Positions 9,687 through 19,600 of a DNA stretch of 35,587 nucleotides are shown here, in pieces. The translations under genes were made by a program, and so were the position numbers. Source of the DNA: Pseudothermotoga sp. GTDB lineage: Bacteria; Thermotogota; Thermotogae; Thermotogales; DSM-5069. The notes under the pieces were generated by a model that did no database searches, had not been told where the DNA came from, and saw nothing but the letters and a program-made list of their open reading frames with translations. Position 1 is the first letter of the stretch, and each line of letters begins with the position of its first letter. Location of the stretch: positions 1-35,587 of the forward strand of contig JBEPZZ010000013.1 of the NCBI GenBank assembly GCA_041640575.1. Direction: 5' to 3'.

Positions 9687-10953
9687 CGCTTATTTTCCAC
9701 AACCAAACGGCGTAGCGGTTTCTGTTTATCTTTACAAAAAGTATTTGGAAAAACTTGGTCACGAAGTTTACGTTGTCACACCTTTCGGACCAAAGTCAGA
9801 TAAAACAGTCCTAACCATCGGAGGGACAACTTTTCCTTGGGAGAAAAACCACGTAATTCCAAGCAGTGGACGGATCTTGCCAATAATAAATTTTCTGAAG
9901 CAAAACAAAGTTGAAGTAATCCATAGTCATGCCCCATTCGCTCTCGGTTTCAGAGCCTTAGCTGTTCAAAAATATCTTGGATTGCCCCACGTTCATACTT
10001 ATCACACACTATTAGTGGAGTATCGACACTACATTCCAAAACCTCTTACCCCTTCAGCGAGATCAGTTGAAGAGTTTTCAGCTTGGTTCTGTAACATGGT
10101 CAATCGTGTTATAGCACCTACAGAAAAAATTAAAAGTGAACTAATGAAGTATGGAGTCACTCGCCCAATAGATGTCGTTCCAACTGGGATGGATGTAGAG
10201 CACTTTCAGAGACCAGCAACTGTAAATATCAGGAAAAAATTTGGCATAGGTGATCAAACTAGGTTGCTACTGTTCGTTGGGAGATTGGCTCACGAAAAGA
10301 ATGTTTTGTTTCTTCTAGACGTTATGAAAGAACTAAAGCAAAGGCATCTTGATGTTCATCTTCTTCTAGTTGGTGATGGACCAGCTAAGGAAGAGATACG
10401 TAACTACTCCATACAAACTGGGGTGGATCGGCAAATTACACTCGCTGGAGTTGTTAACAGAAATGATTTACCAGACTACTATCAGCAAGCGGACTTGTTT
10501 GTCTTTGCATCTTTAACTGAGACGCAAGGACTTGTTGTTCTTGAATCGTTAGCAGCTAGTACACCCGTTGTCGCAATCAAGAAAATGGGCATTGCGAATG
10601 TCCTGAGAGATCAAGATGGAGCTCTCTTGATAGACGAACCTGATGTGAAAGCTTTTGCGCAAAGGGTTGAAACATTGCTCACCAACGCCTCGCTCTATGA
10701 AGAGATGAAACGAAGAGCTAAGGAATACGTCACATTAAACTGGTCCATTGAATCGAGGGTCAAGGAAATCCTTGAGTCTTATAAAAAGGCAGTTGACGAA
10801 GGCCCATTATCAGTCGATTTTTGGAACAACCTGTGGGTAGAGATAATGGTTGAAAAGATGAAGAACATATACACCAAGATATTCCAAGATAAGAAATCAG
10901 GAGGTGTTAGACATGGTAGCATTACACTTTCTTCTCGGTCACGTCGTGGCTGA
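9664..10953 (+). CDS. GT4 glycosyltransferase, diacylglycerol alpha-glucosyltransferase-like
   Basis: MKIAMLTDAYFPQPNGVAVSV, HSHAPF, HTYHT, FVGRLAHEKN and ETQGLVVLE motifs match the MGlcDAG synthase-like GT4 subfamily. Substrate is inferred. Confidence 0.85.
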   Translation: MKIAMLTDAYFPQPNGVAVSVYLYKKYLEKLGHEVYVVTPFGPKSDKTVLTIGGTTFPWEKNHVIPSSGRILPIINFLKQNKVEVIHSHAPFALGFRALAVQKYLGLPHVHTYHTLLVEYRHYIPKPLTPSARSVEEFSAWFCNMVNRVIAPTEKIKSELMKYGVTRPIDVVPTGMDVEHFQRPATVNIRKKFGIGDQTRLLLFVGRLAHEKNVLFLLDVMKELKQRHLDVHLLLVGDGPAKEEIRNYSIQTGVDRQITLAGVVNRNDLPDYYQQADLFVFASLTETQGLVVLESLAASTPVVAIKKMGIANVLRDQDGALLIDEPDVKAFAQRVETLLTNASLYEEMKRRAKEYVTLNWSIESRVKEILESYKKAVDEGPLSVDFWNNLWVEIMVEKMKNIYTKIFQDKKSGGVRHGSITLSSRSRRG

Positions 10954-11542
10954 TCACGCCTTTACAAATAATGCAAAGATAAGAAAGTATTCCGGAATAA
11001 AGCTTGCGGGCCATATATTTTGGTCAATCTTTGCCATCTTGGCTTTTACATTTGACATAGTCTTCTCCTCCATGAAAGCATTAACAATCTTCGCTATTCT
11101 TGCTGTTACACACGCTATTCTGGACATGCTCAGGGTAAGATATTGTTCTATAAGCAAACGAATTGTTGATGCAATTGAACTAGTAGGTTTGATTGCAGCA
11201 TTCATAGCAAATATATTCTCTTTTGGATTGCTTGAAAGATCATATTTATCGGCTGAATTTATCTTTTACTTGCTTGGTATGAGTGTAGTTTCTGTTGGTG
11301 TTACTTACTTTTTCAGGAATTTCTATCCAGGTGACGAGAACCTTGGTGATGTTGATGGAATATCGGAAAGACTCGCTATATTCATCTTCTTACTGGCGTC
11401 CAAACCTTTCTTAGCTTTTGTATCGATCGTAATTGCTATCATATATAGATTGATCTTTGTTAGAAAAGTTGATCATACTTGGTGGATCAGTCCAGTGTGT
11501 GGAGTTTTGCTGAGCTATCTTTGGAGGATATTGTTGTACTGA
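10913..11542 (+). CDS. DUF3307-like integral membrane protein
   Basis: LLGHVVADHAF...GH...THAILD and GISERL motifs; SD GGAGGTG before ATG 10913. Confidence 0.7.
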   Translation: MVALHFLLGHVVADHAFTNNAKIRKYSGIKLAGHIFWSIFAILAFTFDIVFSSMKALTIFAILAVTHAILDMLRVRYCSISKRIVDAIELVGLIAAFIANIFSFGLLERSYLSAEFIFYLLGMSVVSVGVTYFFRNFYPGDENLGDVDGISERLAIFIFLLASKPFLAFVSIVIAIIYRLIFVRKVDHTWWISPVCGVLLSYLWRILLY

Positions 11543-12255
11543 TGATCGGAGATAAAGTAATTCACCTGCCGGTTGTTGATTCCACAAATAACTTTTTGAG
11601 AGATAACCACGAAAGATTCACCCATGGTACAGTCGTTATAGCAAATCTTCAAACGAGAGGACGTGGTAGAAATAACCGTGAGTGGTTTTCACCAGAAGGA
11701 GGATTGTGGTTTTCGATACTTTTTAAGCCCAGGAAGCCTTTGAAACCAACTTTCTTCACGAAAGTTGCTTCTCTTGCCGTGCATCAGGTGTTAAACAAAA
11801 TTGGAGTTCAAAACAAGATAAAGTGGCCAAACGATATATATGTGAGCGGTAAAAAGTTGTGTGGTATCCTTACCGAAACGATTTATGAAGGAGAGAGGCC
11901 AAAAATTGTAATTTGCGGGATCGGTATGAATGTGAACAACGAAATAACTAAAGATATAGCTGACAAAGCCATCAGCCTATCACAGATTACAGGACGAAAT
12001 CATGACCTAAATGGATTACTAAAAATGGTCATAAACAAGATGAACCAAATTGTCAAAAAATACTACACTAAGCCGGAAGCGTTAACCCGAGTCTGGAAAG
12101 AAAGGCTGATGCACAGAGAAGGAGAACAAATTAAATTTCTACTCAATGGAGTAACTGCAACAGGAAGGCTTATCAAAATTGAGGACGATTTTATCGTTGT
12201 TGAATTGGAAAATCGCCAACTTAGGATTTCATCACTCGAAGTTGTCGTTTCGTGA
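11542..12255 (+). CDS. birA: Biotin--[acetyl-CoA carboxylase] ligase, monofunctional (no N-terminal HTH)
   Basis: VDSTN, QTRGRGR..REWFSP, KWPND and KKLCGIL motifs; TGATG overlap start at 11542. Confidence 0.93.
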   Translation: MIGDKVIHLPVVDSTNNFLRDNHERFTHGTVVIANLQTRGRGRNNREWFSPEGGLWFSILFKPRKPLKPTFFTKVASLAVHQVLNKIGVQNKIKWPNDIYVSGKKLCGILTETIYEGERPKIVICGIGMNVNNEITKDIADKAISLSQITGRNHDLNGLLKMVINKMNQIVKKYYTKPEALTRVWKERLMHREGEQIKFLLNGVTATGRLIKIEDDFIVVELENRQLRISSLEVVVS

Positions 12256-12468
12256 TTCAGATAACAGTTTATACTCGCGCTCAGAAATGACTTGCACCTC
12301 AATAATTTTGAATGGAAAAAGAACTTTTATTGTATCTCCAACCTTAACCGTGTAAGATGGTTTAACAACCTTGTTATTCACCAGAACACGTGAGTGATTA
12401 ATCATTTCCTGAGCTACGGTTCTTCTTTTTATTATTCTTGTATCTTTCAAATATTTATCTATTCTCAC
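12232..12468 (-). CDS. rqcP: S4-domain RNA-binding protein RqcP/YabO (Hsp15 family)
   Basis: (M)RIDKYLKDTRIIKRRTVAQE...VLVNNKVVKPSYTVKVGDTI. GTG at 12468 is preferred because GGGTGA SD lies upstream; alternative start 12477. Confidence 0.82.
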   Translation of the reverse strand: MRIDKYLKDTRIIKRRTVAQEMINHSRVLVNNKVVKPSYTVKVGDTIKVLFPFKIIEVQVISEREYKLLSESRNDNFE

Positions 12469-12488
12469 ATTTGTCACCCAAATTGGAG

Positions 12489-12507
12489 TATAATATTTTT
12501 TAGGGAG
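12489..12507 (+). promoter_or_regulatory. Putative -10 (TATAAT) and SD (AGGGAG) for the pil cluster
   Basis: TATAAT at 12489-12494, AGGGAG at 12502-12507, ATG at 12515. Confidence 0.5.
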
Positions 12508-12514
12508 AAATGCT

Positions 12515-13708
12515 ATGCCTTATTTTCGGTATACAGCAATTGATAGTCAAGGAAAACGTGTAAAAAGTGTTGCCGAAGCCGATAGCGAAAGTCAACTCTT
12601 CGAAATTCTGAAAAAGAAAGGATATGCAGTATTAGAAGTCAGGCGAGTCGATAGTAGAAGACAGGTTGCTGTCTTTGGTGTTCCCCTGGGAGAACTTTCG
12701 ATATTTTCTAGACAGCTTGCAACGATGGTTGGTGCAGGCTTAAGAATTAAGGATGCCCTGGTAATTCTCAGTAATCAAGTCGTTTTTTCAGGAAGATTCA
12801 GAAAGACAATAGAAAGAATGGTTATAGCAATCGAAGGAGGAGCATCCTTTTCAAGTGCTTTACAAGCCCAAGGTATATTCGATTCTGTTTTTATAAACCT
12901 TGTCGCCGCTGGTGAAGAAGGTGGTGTTCTTGATAAATCTTTAGAAAAGGCTGCTGATTTCTACGAATCATCGAAAAGACTTCAGGATGAAGTGAAATCA
13001 GCTATGGCTTATCCAACGTTTGTACTAGTCTTTGCAATTGGCGTGATATTCATCATCTCCTTTTACATCTTACCGAATTTGATTAGCGCTTTTGGAAGCA
13101 TTCCAACCAGTGGCGTTATAAAATTTCTTATGAGTGTGAGCAATTTTATCCGTGTGAGATGGTCAAGTGTTCTACTGATTGGAGTTTTAGCAACATTGGG
13201 ACTATATCTGTTCATGAAAACTAGATATGCAATTTACCTAAAAGATTTCCTAGCAGGTTTGTTTCCACCCGCAGCTAAGCTGAGGTATATGATGGCTGTT
13301 GAACGATTCTGTAGAACCCTTTCTGTTTTAACGGCGAGTGGAGTACTCCTGACAAAAGCCGTGGAAATGTCTGCCTTAGCATCAAATAATCCAAAGATAA
13401 TTAGAAAAAGCAAACTCATCGTTGAGAGAGTCCGTGAAGGAGCGAGTCTTAAGCAAGCGCTTCTAGAATCTGGCGTCTTTCCCCAGATAGTATATGAACT
13501 TGTTGGTACAGGTGAGGAAACAGGTAAGTTAGAAGAAGTTCTCGGAAAAGTTGCAGAATTTTACGAAGATCAAGTCAGAGTTGGTGTCAAGAAGTTGGTT
13601 TCCTTGGTAGAACCAATGCTTATCGCCGGTGTTGGGGGATTCATAGCTTTCATGGCTTTTGCGATGTATAACACTATTTTTCAACTGCAGCAAACGATTG
13701 GAAGATAA
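12515..13708 (+). CDS. pilC: Type IV pilus / T2SS inner-membrane platform protein PilC (GspF family)
   Basis: FSRQLATMVGAG, AGEEGGVLD, SAMAYP, GEETGKLE and LVEP motifs. Confidence 0.93.
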   Translation: MPYFRYTAIDSQGKRVKSVAEADSESQLFEILKKKGYAVLEVRRVDSRRQVAVFGVPLGELSIFSRQLATMVGAGLRIKDALVILSNQVVFSGRFRKTIERMVIAIEGGASFSSALQAQGIFDSVFINLVAAGEEGGVLDKSLEKAADFYESSKRLQDEVKSAMAYPTFVLVFAIGVIFIISFYILPNLISAFGSIPTSGVIKFLMSVSNFIRVRWSSVLLIGVLATLGLYLFMKTRYAIYLKDFLAGLFPPAAKLRYMMAVERFCRTLSVLTASGVLLTKAVEMSALASNNPKIIRKSKLIVERVREGASLKQALLESGVFPQIVYELVGTGEETGKLEEVLGKVAEFYEDQVRVGVKKLVSLVEPMLIAGVGGFIAFMAFAMYNTIFQLQQTIGR

Positions 13709-13711
13709 TAC

Positions 13712-14113
13712 ATGCTTCTTGAGATTCTGATTGCTGTAGCTGTAGTTATAGGAATGACCTTAATAGGTATATCCTTAGCTAAAGTTGTTGGAATGATGGT
13801 TCAAAATCTGCAACCTTACTTTGTTAAATGTACTGTGTACAAAGCCTTAGAATGGATTAGCAATGAAATTAGTGGACAAGTTATCATTGGAACCATCAAT
13901 AACGACAGAATTAGAATACGAGCCGTGCATTTCCCCAATCAAAAAGCTGTAACTATTATTGTCGGTAAACCTGTAGGAATTTCGAGATCAGATGGTATGT
14001 CCTTGATACTAAGTCCTTCAGATGTAATAAGAGCCGGAACAATTGAAACAGATCTATGGGCGATTAGTTTTCCACCTGTTGTGGCTCGGATCAACGTATA
14101 TTTAAAGAGGTGA
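13712..14113 (+). CDS. Pilin/pseudopilin-like protein without a visible prepilin leader
   Basis: N-terminus MLLEILIAVAVVIGMTLIGI matches the type IV pilin hydrophobic helix with its conserved Glu; lies in the pil cluster. Confidence 0.6.
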   Translation: MLLEILIAVAVVIGMTLIGISLAKVVGMMVQNLQPYFVKCTVYKALEWISNEISGQVIIGTINNDRIRIRAVHFPNQKAVTIIVGKPVGISRSDGMSLILSPSDVIRAGTIETDLWAISFPPVVARINVYLKR

Positions 14114-14117
14114 GAAT

Positions 14118-15110
14118 GTGCAAATTTTTCATAAGATGGTGACAGCAATCGATATTGAAAATGAATATATAAGTGTTGGTAGAGCCCATAAGGCAAGAGG
14201 TAAATTGACAGTCTTAGAACACCACTCATGTGAGTGTACTGAACCACTAAAAACAGCAAAGGATCTTATCTCAAAAGTTGGCACAGATGCTGAAGATATA
14301 GTAGTCGTCAACTATCCGAGCGACCTCTTGCTTTTCAATACTGTGAACGTCCCTGCAACAGTTAAGGGCAGGGAGCTCACCAATTATTTGGCTATGGAAA
14401 TTTCGCACTTGTTGAGTGTCCCAATTGAGGACTTGGTAGTTGAGGGGTTAGAAGGCCCTTCTAGTAAAGCAGTTGCAATCGTAGCAAAGAAAAGAGAAGT
14501 AAATTCCTTAGTTACTAGGTTGATGGAGGCTGGTCTGCCTGAGCCCGATGTTGTTCTTCCAGACATCTTTAAATATCTACAACTTGTCAATGTTACTATA
14601 CATTCGACTATAGCAGTTGCGATATTTGCGACTCATTACTCTGCAGTTTGCGTTTATGTTTCAGGAAAGTTAGCTGGTCTGAGAAGCGTTCCATATTCCA
14701 CTCAAGAGATCCTGGGCATACTCACGGAGGAAACAGGTTTCACTAAAACCGAATTACAAGTAAACTCCAAGGTTATCGAGTTAGAAAAACTCACGAGAAT
14801 GGTTGAATCATTGATTCCTGACATGCCATATACAGTTGAGCGCGAATTGATCTTTCTTTTGAGTAGCATACAGTCCGGTGTGTCAGTGCGTGATGTTTCA
14901 GGATTATACGTATTGTGTGATCCACTAATCCTAACAGGTGCTTTTATCAAAACCCTAGAACTGAACGAAACTTTCCAAGGAAAAGTTAGTAAGATACCTT
15001 TGTCATTTGAGGTGGAAGGAGTACCACTTGGTTTGCTGGGAATGTTGCTGAGAGGCGGTGCTGAATTTGGAAAGAATAAATTTGTACAGGTACAAAAAGC
15101 CAATACTTAA
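14118..15110 (+). CDS. pilM: PilM-like pilus assembly protein (actin-like fold)
   Basis: VTAIDIENEYISV N-terminal strand, AIVAKKREV...EAGL.PDVVLPD pattern and C-terminal LGMLLRG; first gene of an MNOPQ-like string. Confidence 0.65.
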   Translation: MQIFHKMVTAIDIENEYISVGRAHKARGKLTVLEHHSCECTEPLKTAKDLISKVGTDAEDIVVVNYPSDLLLFNTVNVPATVKGRELTNYLAMEISHLLSVPIEDLVVEGLEGPSSKAVAIVAKKREVNSLVTRLMEAGLPEPDVVLPDIFKYLQLVNVTIHSTIAVAIFATHYSAVCVYVSGKLAGLRSVPYSTQEILGILTEETGFTKTELQVNSKVIELEKLTRMVESLIPDMPYTVERELIFLLSSIQSGVSVRDVSGLYVLCDPLILTGAFIKTLELNETFQGKVSKIPLSFEVEGVPLGLLGMLLRGGAEFGKNKFVQVQKANT

Positions 15111-15645
15111 GTTTAGCTCTTTCCTCGTTCTTGTTATAGTATTGTTAGCACCCGTTTTCGCAACAAAATTTACGACAGAGTTTTACAAACAGGCAGTTCT
15201 TAGCGCGTTAAAAGCTAAGTATGGTGTGGTGCTTTCAAAATATGGCTTTGATCTGACACCATCAGGTTTACATAAGCAGTATGCGGATATAAAACGCCAG
15301 AATGATTTATTATATGCAGAGAGCAAAAGACTGCAAGATCGTATTACGCTTTTAGAAAACCATCTTTACGATTACTCTGTTACCACGGTTCCGATAAAGA
15401 TTTTGCTCAACAGCTGGGAAAAAAATGATTCTAACTGGTTGGTGCTGTTAAAATTGTCACTTGATGCAAAAAGGTTTGGCTTAACATTTCATGAATTGTA
15501 CTTCATCAACGGGACCCCATCCTACGAAAAGATCCTTAACATGCTTTCTAGTTATTACAAGGTTTCAAGAATTGTTGAATATGAAACGGTGATACCGTTC
15601 CTAAACAAGAAGATAACGAAGGTTACAATCAGTGGGAGTCGATGA
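15067..15645 (+). CDS. PilN-like protein
   Basis: N-terminal ERINLY (INL PilM-binding-like motif), one TM, then coiled coil. TTG 15067 preferred; alternative GTG 15058. Confidence 0.55.
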   Translation: MERINLYRYKKPILKFSSFLVLVIVLLAPVFATKFTTEFYKQAVLSALKAKYGVVLSKYGFDLTPSGLHKQYADIKRQNDLLYAESKRLQDRITLLENHLYDYSVTTVPIKILLNSWEKNDSNWLVLLKLSLDAKRFGLTFHELYFINGTPSYEKILNMLSSYYKVSRIVEYETVIPFLNKKITKVTISGSR

Positions 15646-16133
15646 ATATGCGCCGAAAACCTGCTGGTATCAACCGCAAAACTGCCATTCTGTTAGCACT
15701 GTTGATATTTTTCGGTTCGGCTGCTTATCTAAATGTATATGATTATTTGAGTTTTACAAGTTTTTCAGAAAAAGTGGACGTGCAATTGACCGTCCTCTCT
15801 GAACTTGATAAGAATGTTGCTGAGAAGAAGTCTTACCTTTCAGTTCTGGAAGAAACTCTGCAACCAAGAATTTCGGTTAATACGTTCCAGAATTTTGCTA
15901 AGAACATTGGACTTAATTTCAATAAGAATCAGGATGGAAGTTACAAAGTCGAAGGCGTGTGTAAACCTGAAGACGTGCAAGAATTGCTAAGGGTTCTACT
16001 TGGAAATCCAAATTTGCGTTTAAAATCGCTGTCTATAGATAACGAAACGGAAATACCAGTTCTTGTCCCTGGACTTGCCTATGATCCCAGAGTTTCTTTG
16101 GAACTTGAATTTTGGAGCGTGATTGATCGATGA
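15642..16133 (+). CDS. PilO-like protein
   Basis: One TM, coiled coil and a ferredoxin-like alpha/beta tail; position in the cluster. Confidence 0.5.
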   Translation: MNMRRKPAGINRKTAILLALLIFFGSAAYLNVYDYLSFTSFSEKVDVQLTVLSELDKNVAEKKSYLSVLEETLQPRISVNTFQNFAKNIGLNFNKNQDGSYKVEGVCKPEDVQELLRVLLGNPNLRLKSLSIDNETEIPVLVPGLAYDPRVSLELEFWSVIDR

Positions 16134-16603
16134 AAAAAAGACTCATTTTTATGATAATAGTTTTAGTTGGTGTCTGGGCTATAGCAGTTTACTTTTTACT
16201 CTCTCAGAACAGGTCTTCTCAAGTAAGAACCAACAACACTGCAACTGAATATCAAATCCAACCATTGAAAAGAAGGTTATCACAAGAGGAACTTGGTAAA
16301 ATTCAACAATTAGTGAGCCTAGCAGTTGAAAGAATGAATTTGTTTGATTTGTACGTGCTTCATCTCCAACGGGAAACAGTAAATTCGAAGATGCTGTCTT
16401 CTTTGGAAAAATTGGGAGAGTACCAGTTTGCTGGGTTCCTTATAGGAGAGAGCGAAAAGTCAATATTACTTGCCAGAGAGAATAAGATTTTGAGCAAAAA
16501 TGTTGGTGAAATCATTGATGAGAGGTATCTAATTCTGCATGTGGCAAGCTTTGGTTTGCTTGTTCTAGATGTCAATACTGGGAACCTTTTGACTATTAGA
16601 TAG
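16130..16603 (+). CDS. PilP/GspC-like membrane-anchored protein
   Basis: N-terminal TM; C-terminal beta-rich YQFAGFLIG...VGEII pattern; directly before the secretin. No lipobox Cys. Confidence 0.45.
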   Translation: MKKRLIFMIIVLVGVWAIAVYFLLSQNRSSQVRTNNTATEYQIQPLKRRLSQEELGKIQQLVSLAVERMNLFDLYVLHLQRETVNSKMLSSLEKLGEYQFAGFLIGESEKSILLARENKILSKNVGEIIDERYLILHVASFGLLVLDVNTGNLLTIR

Positions 16604-16616
16604 GGGAGGGGACTAA

Positions 16617-19600
16617 ATGAGGAAAGTTATTTTATGCTTTTTGATGATTGTTTTTGTAACTTTGAATGCTTCGCAAATAGTTAAAATCACGCCGACATTT
16701 CTTAAGGACGAAATTTCTTTTCTAGTTCAACTAGATAGTCAGATAAAGGCAGGAGATGTAGTTGTAGACAAGAATGCCTCGGGTTCAATTCTTTCGGTTT
16801 ATCTGAAGGGTGTTTCTTCATCAACCTTGTACTTGCCGGTAGCGTATGGACCAGTTGATTCACTAAGGGTTTTTGAGATTCGTGAAGGAACATTGATCTT
16901 AATTCACATGCTGATTCCTGCGGAACCGTCAATAGAAACACTTGCGAACAGTGTCAAAATCACTATTCCAATATCTGGGAAAAAGGTCGATTTGGTTCTC
17001 ACCGCTGAAAGTACCTTTGAAACAGCTGTTAAGTTCCTAGCAGACGAACTTGGAATAAACGTTGTTGTTTCGGATTCTGTTAAGAATCAAAAACTTTCTT
17101 TGAAACTTCAGCAAATTTCCCCAGAGGATGCTTTACGAAATCTTTTGACAACAGTTAAAGTTCAGAATGAACCTTTGGCATATAGTTATATGCCAGATGG
17201 AACTTTGCATATTGGAACAAAAAGTGATATTGCCTTCCGTTTTGGGAAATTCTGGGGTATTTATGACGTAACTGATAAACAAATATTAGTTGAGAAGTTG
17301 CAATCTCTGATATCCCCAGCTACCATCATGACATACTTACCAAACAAAGCGGTTCTTTTCGTGTATGGAGACGTTCAAGAGCAAGAGTTAATCTCAAGAA
17401 TAATTTCGCTGTCACCGGTCTTAATAACTGAGGAGATAACTTTAACAGCACCTGTCGAAAATGTTGTCAGGATGCTTGATTCATTGAGGAAGCTATACGT
17501 TTTTGAGTATACAGTAATAGAAGGTCTGAACAAGATCGTGCTGAGAGCGGACTCAAAAGTTGTAGAAAGGGTTAAGTCGTACATACGAGAATATCAACAA
17601 GCTTACAAGTTGCAAACTATCAGTGAAGAAAAGCAAAAAGAGGAAAAGATTCCTCCAGCAACAGGTATTGAAACGAAGAACTGGAAAGTTATCTACCCGC
17701 AACAAGCTCAAGCTATTCTAAGGGATTTTGGGCTTCAAATAAAGGACTTGGGACTTGGGTACATAGAGGTGCGTGGAAATACCAACGATCTACTGATCGC
17801 TGAGAGAGTTTTACAAGATCTAGGTTTTTTCAGCACTGAAAAGTTGTCACTCCGAAGTCTAACGTTGCCAAAATCCATAGGTAAAGTCGTCCTTGACTTC
17901 TTGGATGAAATCTTTGGTTTGAAAGAACCAAGGATTCTCGTCTTAGAAGAACAAGACCAAATTACAGCTGTCATTTTCGCCCCATTCGAATACGTTGAAA
18001 CGGTCATAGATTTTACTGGGAAGTTGACAAAACTTCTTGCAGTAGAAGAAAAGACGGAGATCTTTTTCCTTGAGGATGAACAGACTGCCAAATTAATTTC
18101 AGAAATACTTGGCACCATATATGGGATCAAAAGCGTGGCTGTTCAGAGTGTTCTGAGAGTCACAGGTAGCGTCGAACAAATTACTAAAGCCCAGAACTTC
18201 ATTAATTTCTTCGTCAAAGAAAGAATAGTGAGACTAGTAGAAGCAAGATTCGACGATGAAACCTTTAATGAGGTTCGACAGTTTATCGAGGGTAAATACA
18301 AAGTTAGCCTTAGCGCAAATTTGAAGATCCTGGGAAAAGTCATGGTTACCTCTCAGAATCTGCAGGAACTGGAGAACGCGGTACTTGAGATTCGACGGAT
18401 ATATGAATCAGTCTTACAAATGCGAGAGAAATCAGTAAGATTAGTCGTCTCAATATCAAACATCGATTTTCAAACCATTGAAAATTTCTTGCAGCAACTT
18501 GAAGATGTGAAGATTGCGCAAACTCCATCTGTTTACATAATAACTGGTAATCCTAACGCAGTTGAACGAGCCGCAAATCTTATCGAGCAGCTTCGCCATG
18601 TAATTGAAGAACGCAAATCCTACCTCATTTTTAGGCTAAACAGGGCAATTAACAAGGAAGATCTTGTGCGAGCTCTTGAGGAATTCGTACAAGTTAGAGT
18701 CCTATCTGTGGGGAACATGTTGATTATTTACGGAAGCGAATCGAATCTGGAGAATGCTAAATTGTTTATCAGCGACGTTATCAAAGCAGCTGCTGAAATC
18801 GGTGAACAGTTCGTTCAAGCCGTCAGAGTCATACCTTACGATGGTGTAACTCCTACTGAAGAACTTCAGGAGTATTTGAAAACACTTGGAAAAAACGTTG
18901 AAGTCAAATTGTTTCGGACCTTTGAACTCGTAAGTTTTATTGGAACCGAAAGCGACGTCATACAAGCGATAGAAGAATATTCCAGGTTGAGTCAAAAAAT
19001 TACTGAGAAGTTGAAACTTGAAGAACAGCCGAGGTTCGAGTTGGAAGAAAGAGTAAAGATAGCAATACTTGATGGCGAAAGGTTCTCAGTGAAGTGTGAC
19101 GATGTAGAACTTTATGAAGCCATATCTAAAATTGCGTCAGCACTCGGTAAGTCAATTATCTATTTCGACAAACCACTGGAAAAGATAACTCTGGATGTCA
19201 GATCAATTGATTGGCAGAACTTCATCAAAATGATCGAAGAAGAGTATGGATACCATTTTGCCGAAAATCAAGGAGTAATCGCTTTGATAAAGCCCAAACC
19301 CGTGGTTGATAAAACAATCGAAGAAAAATTCGTTTATACGGTTCCCCATAATATTGAAAACGTGAAACCGATAATAGAATTCTATGGCGGTAGAGTCCTT
19401 GTTGATTCCACTAAGAATCTCTTGATAATCACCGGAGTAGACAGATCCAAAAGAGAACAGATCGAAACCTTGATTAAAGATTTTGAAAAACCGACTCCGC
19501 AAGTTGAAATCGAAGCACGATTTGTCGAAAAGTCTTTATTGGATGAATTAATAAGAAAATACGGGCTTAATTTAAATATCAGCTCACCTACTGGTGATGT

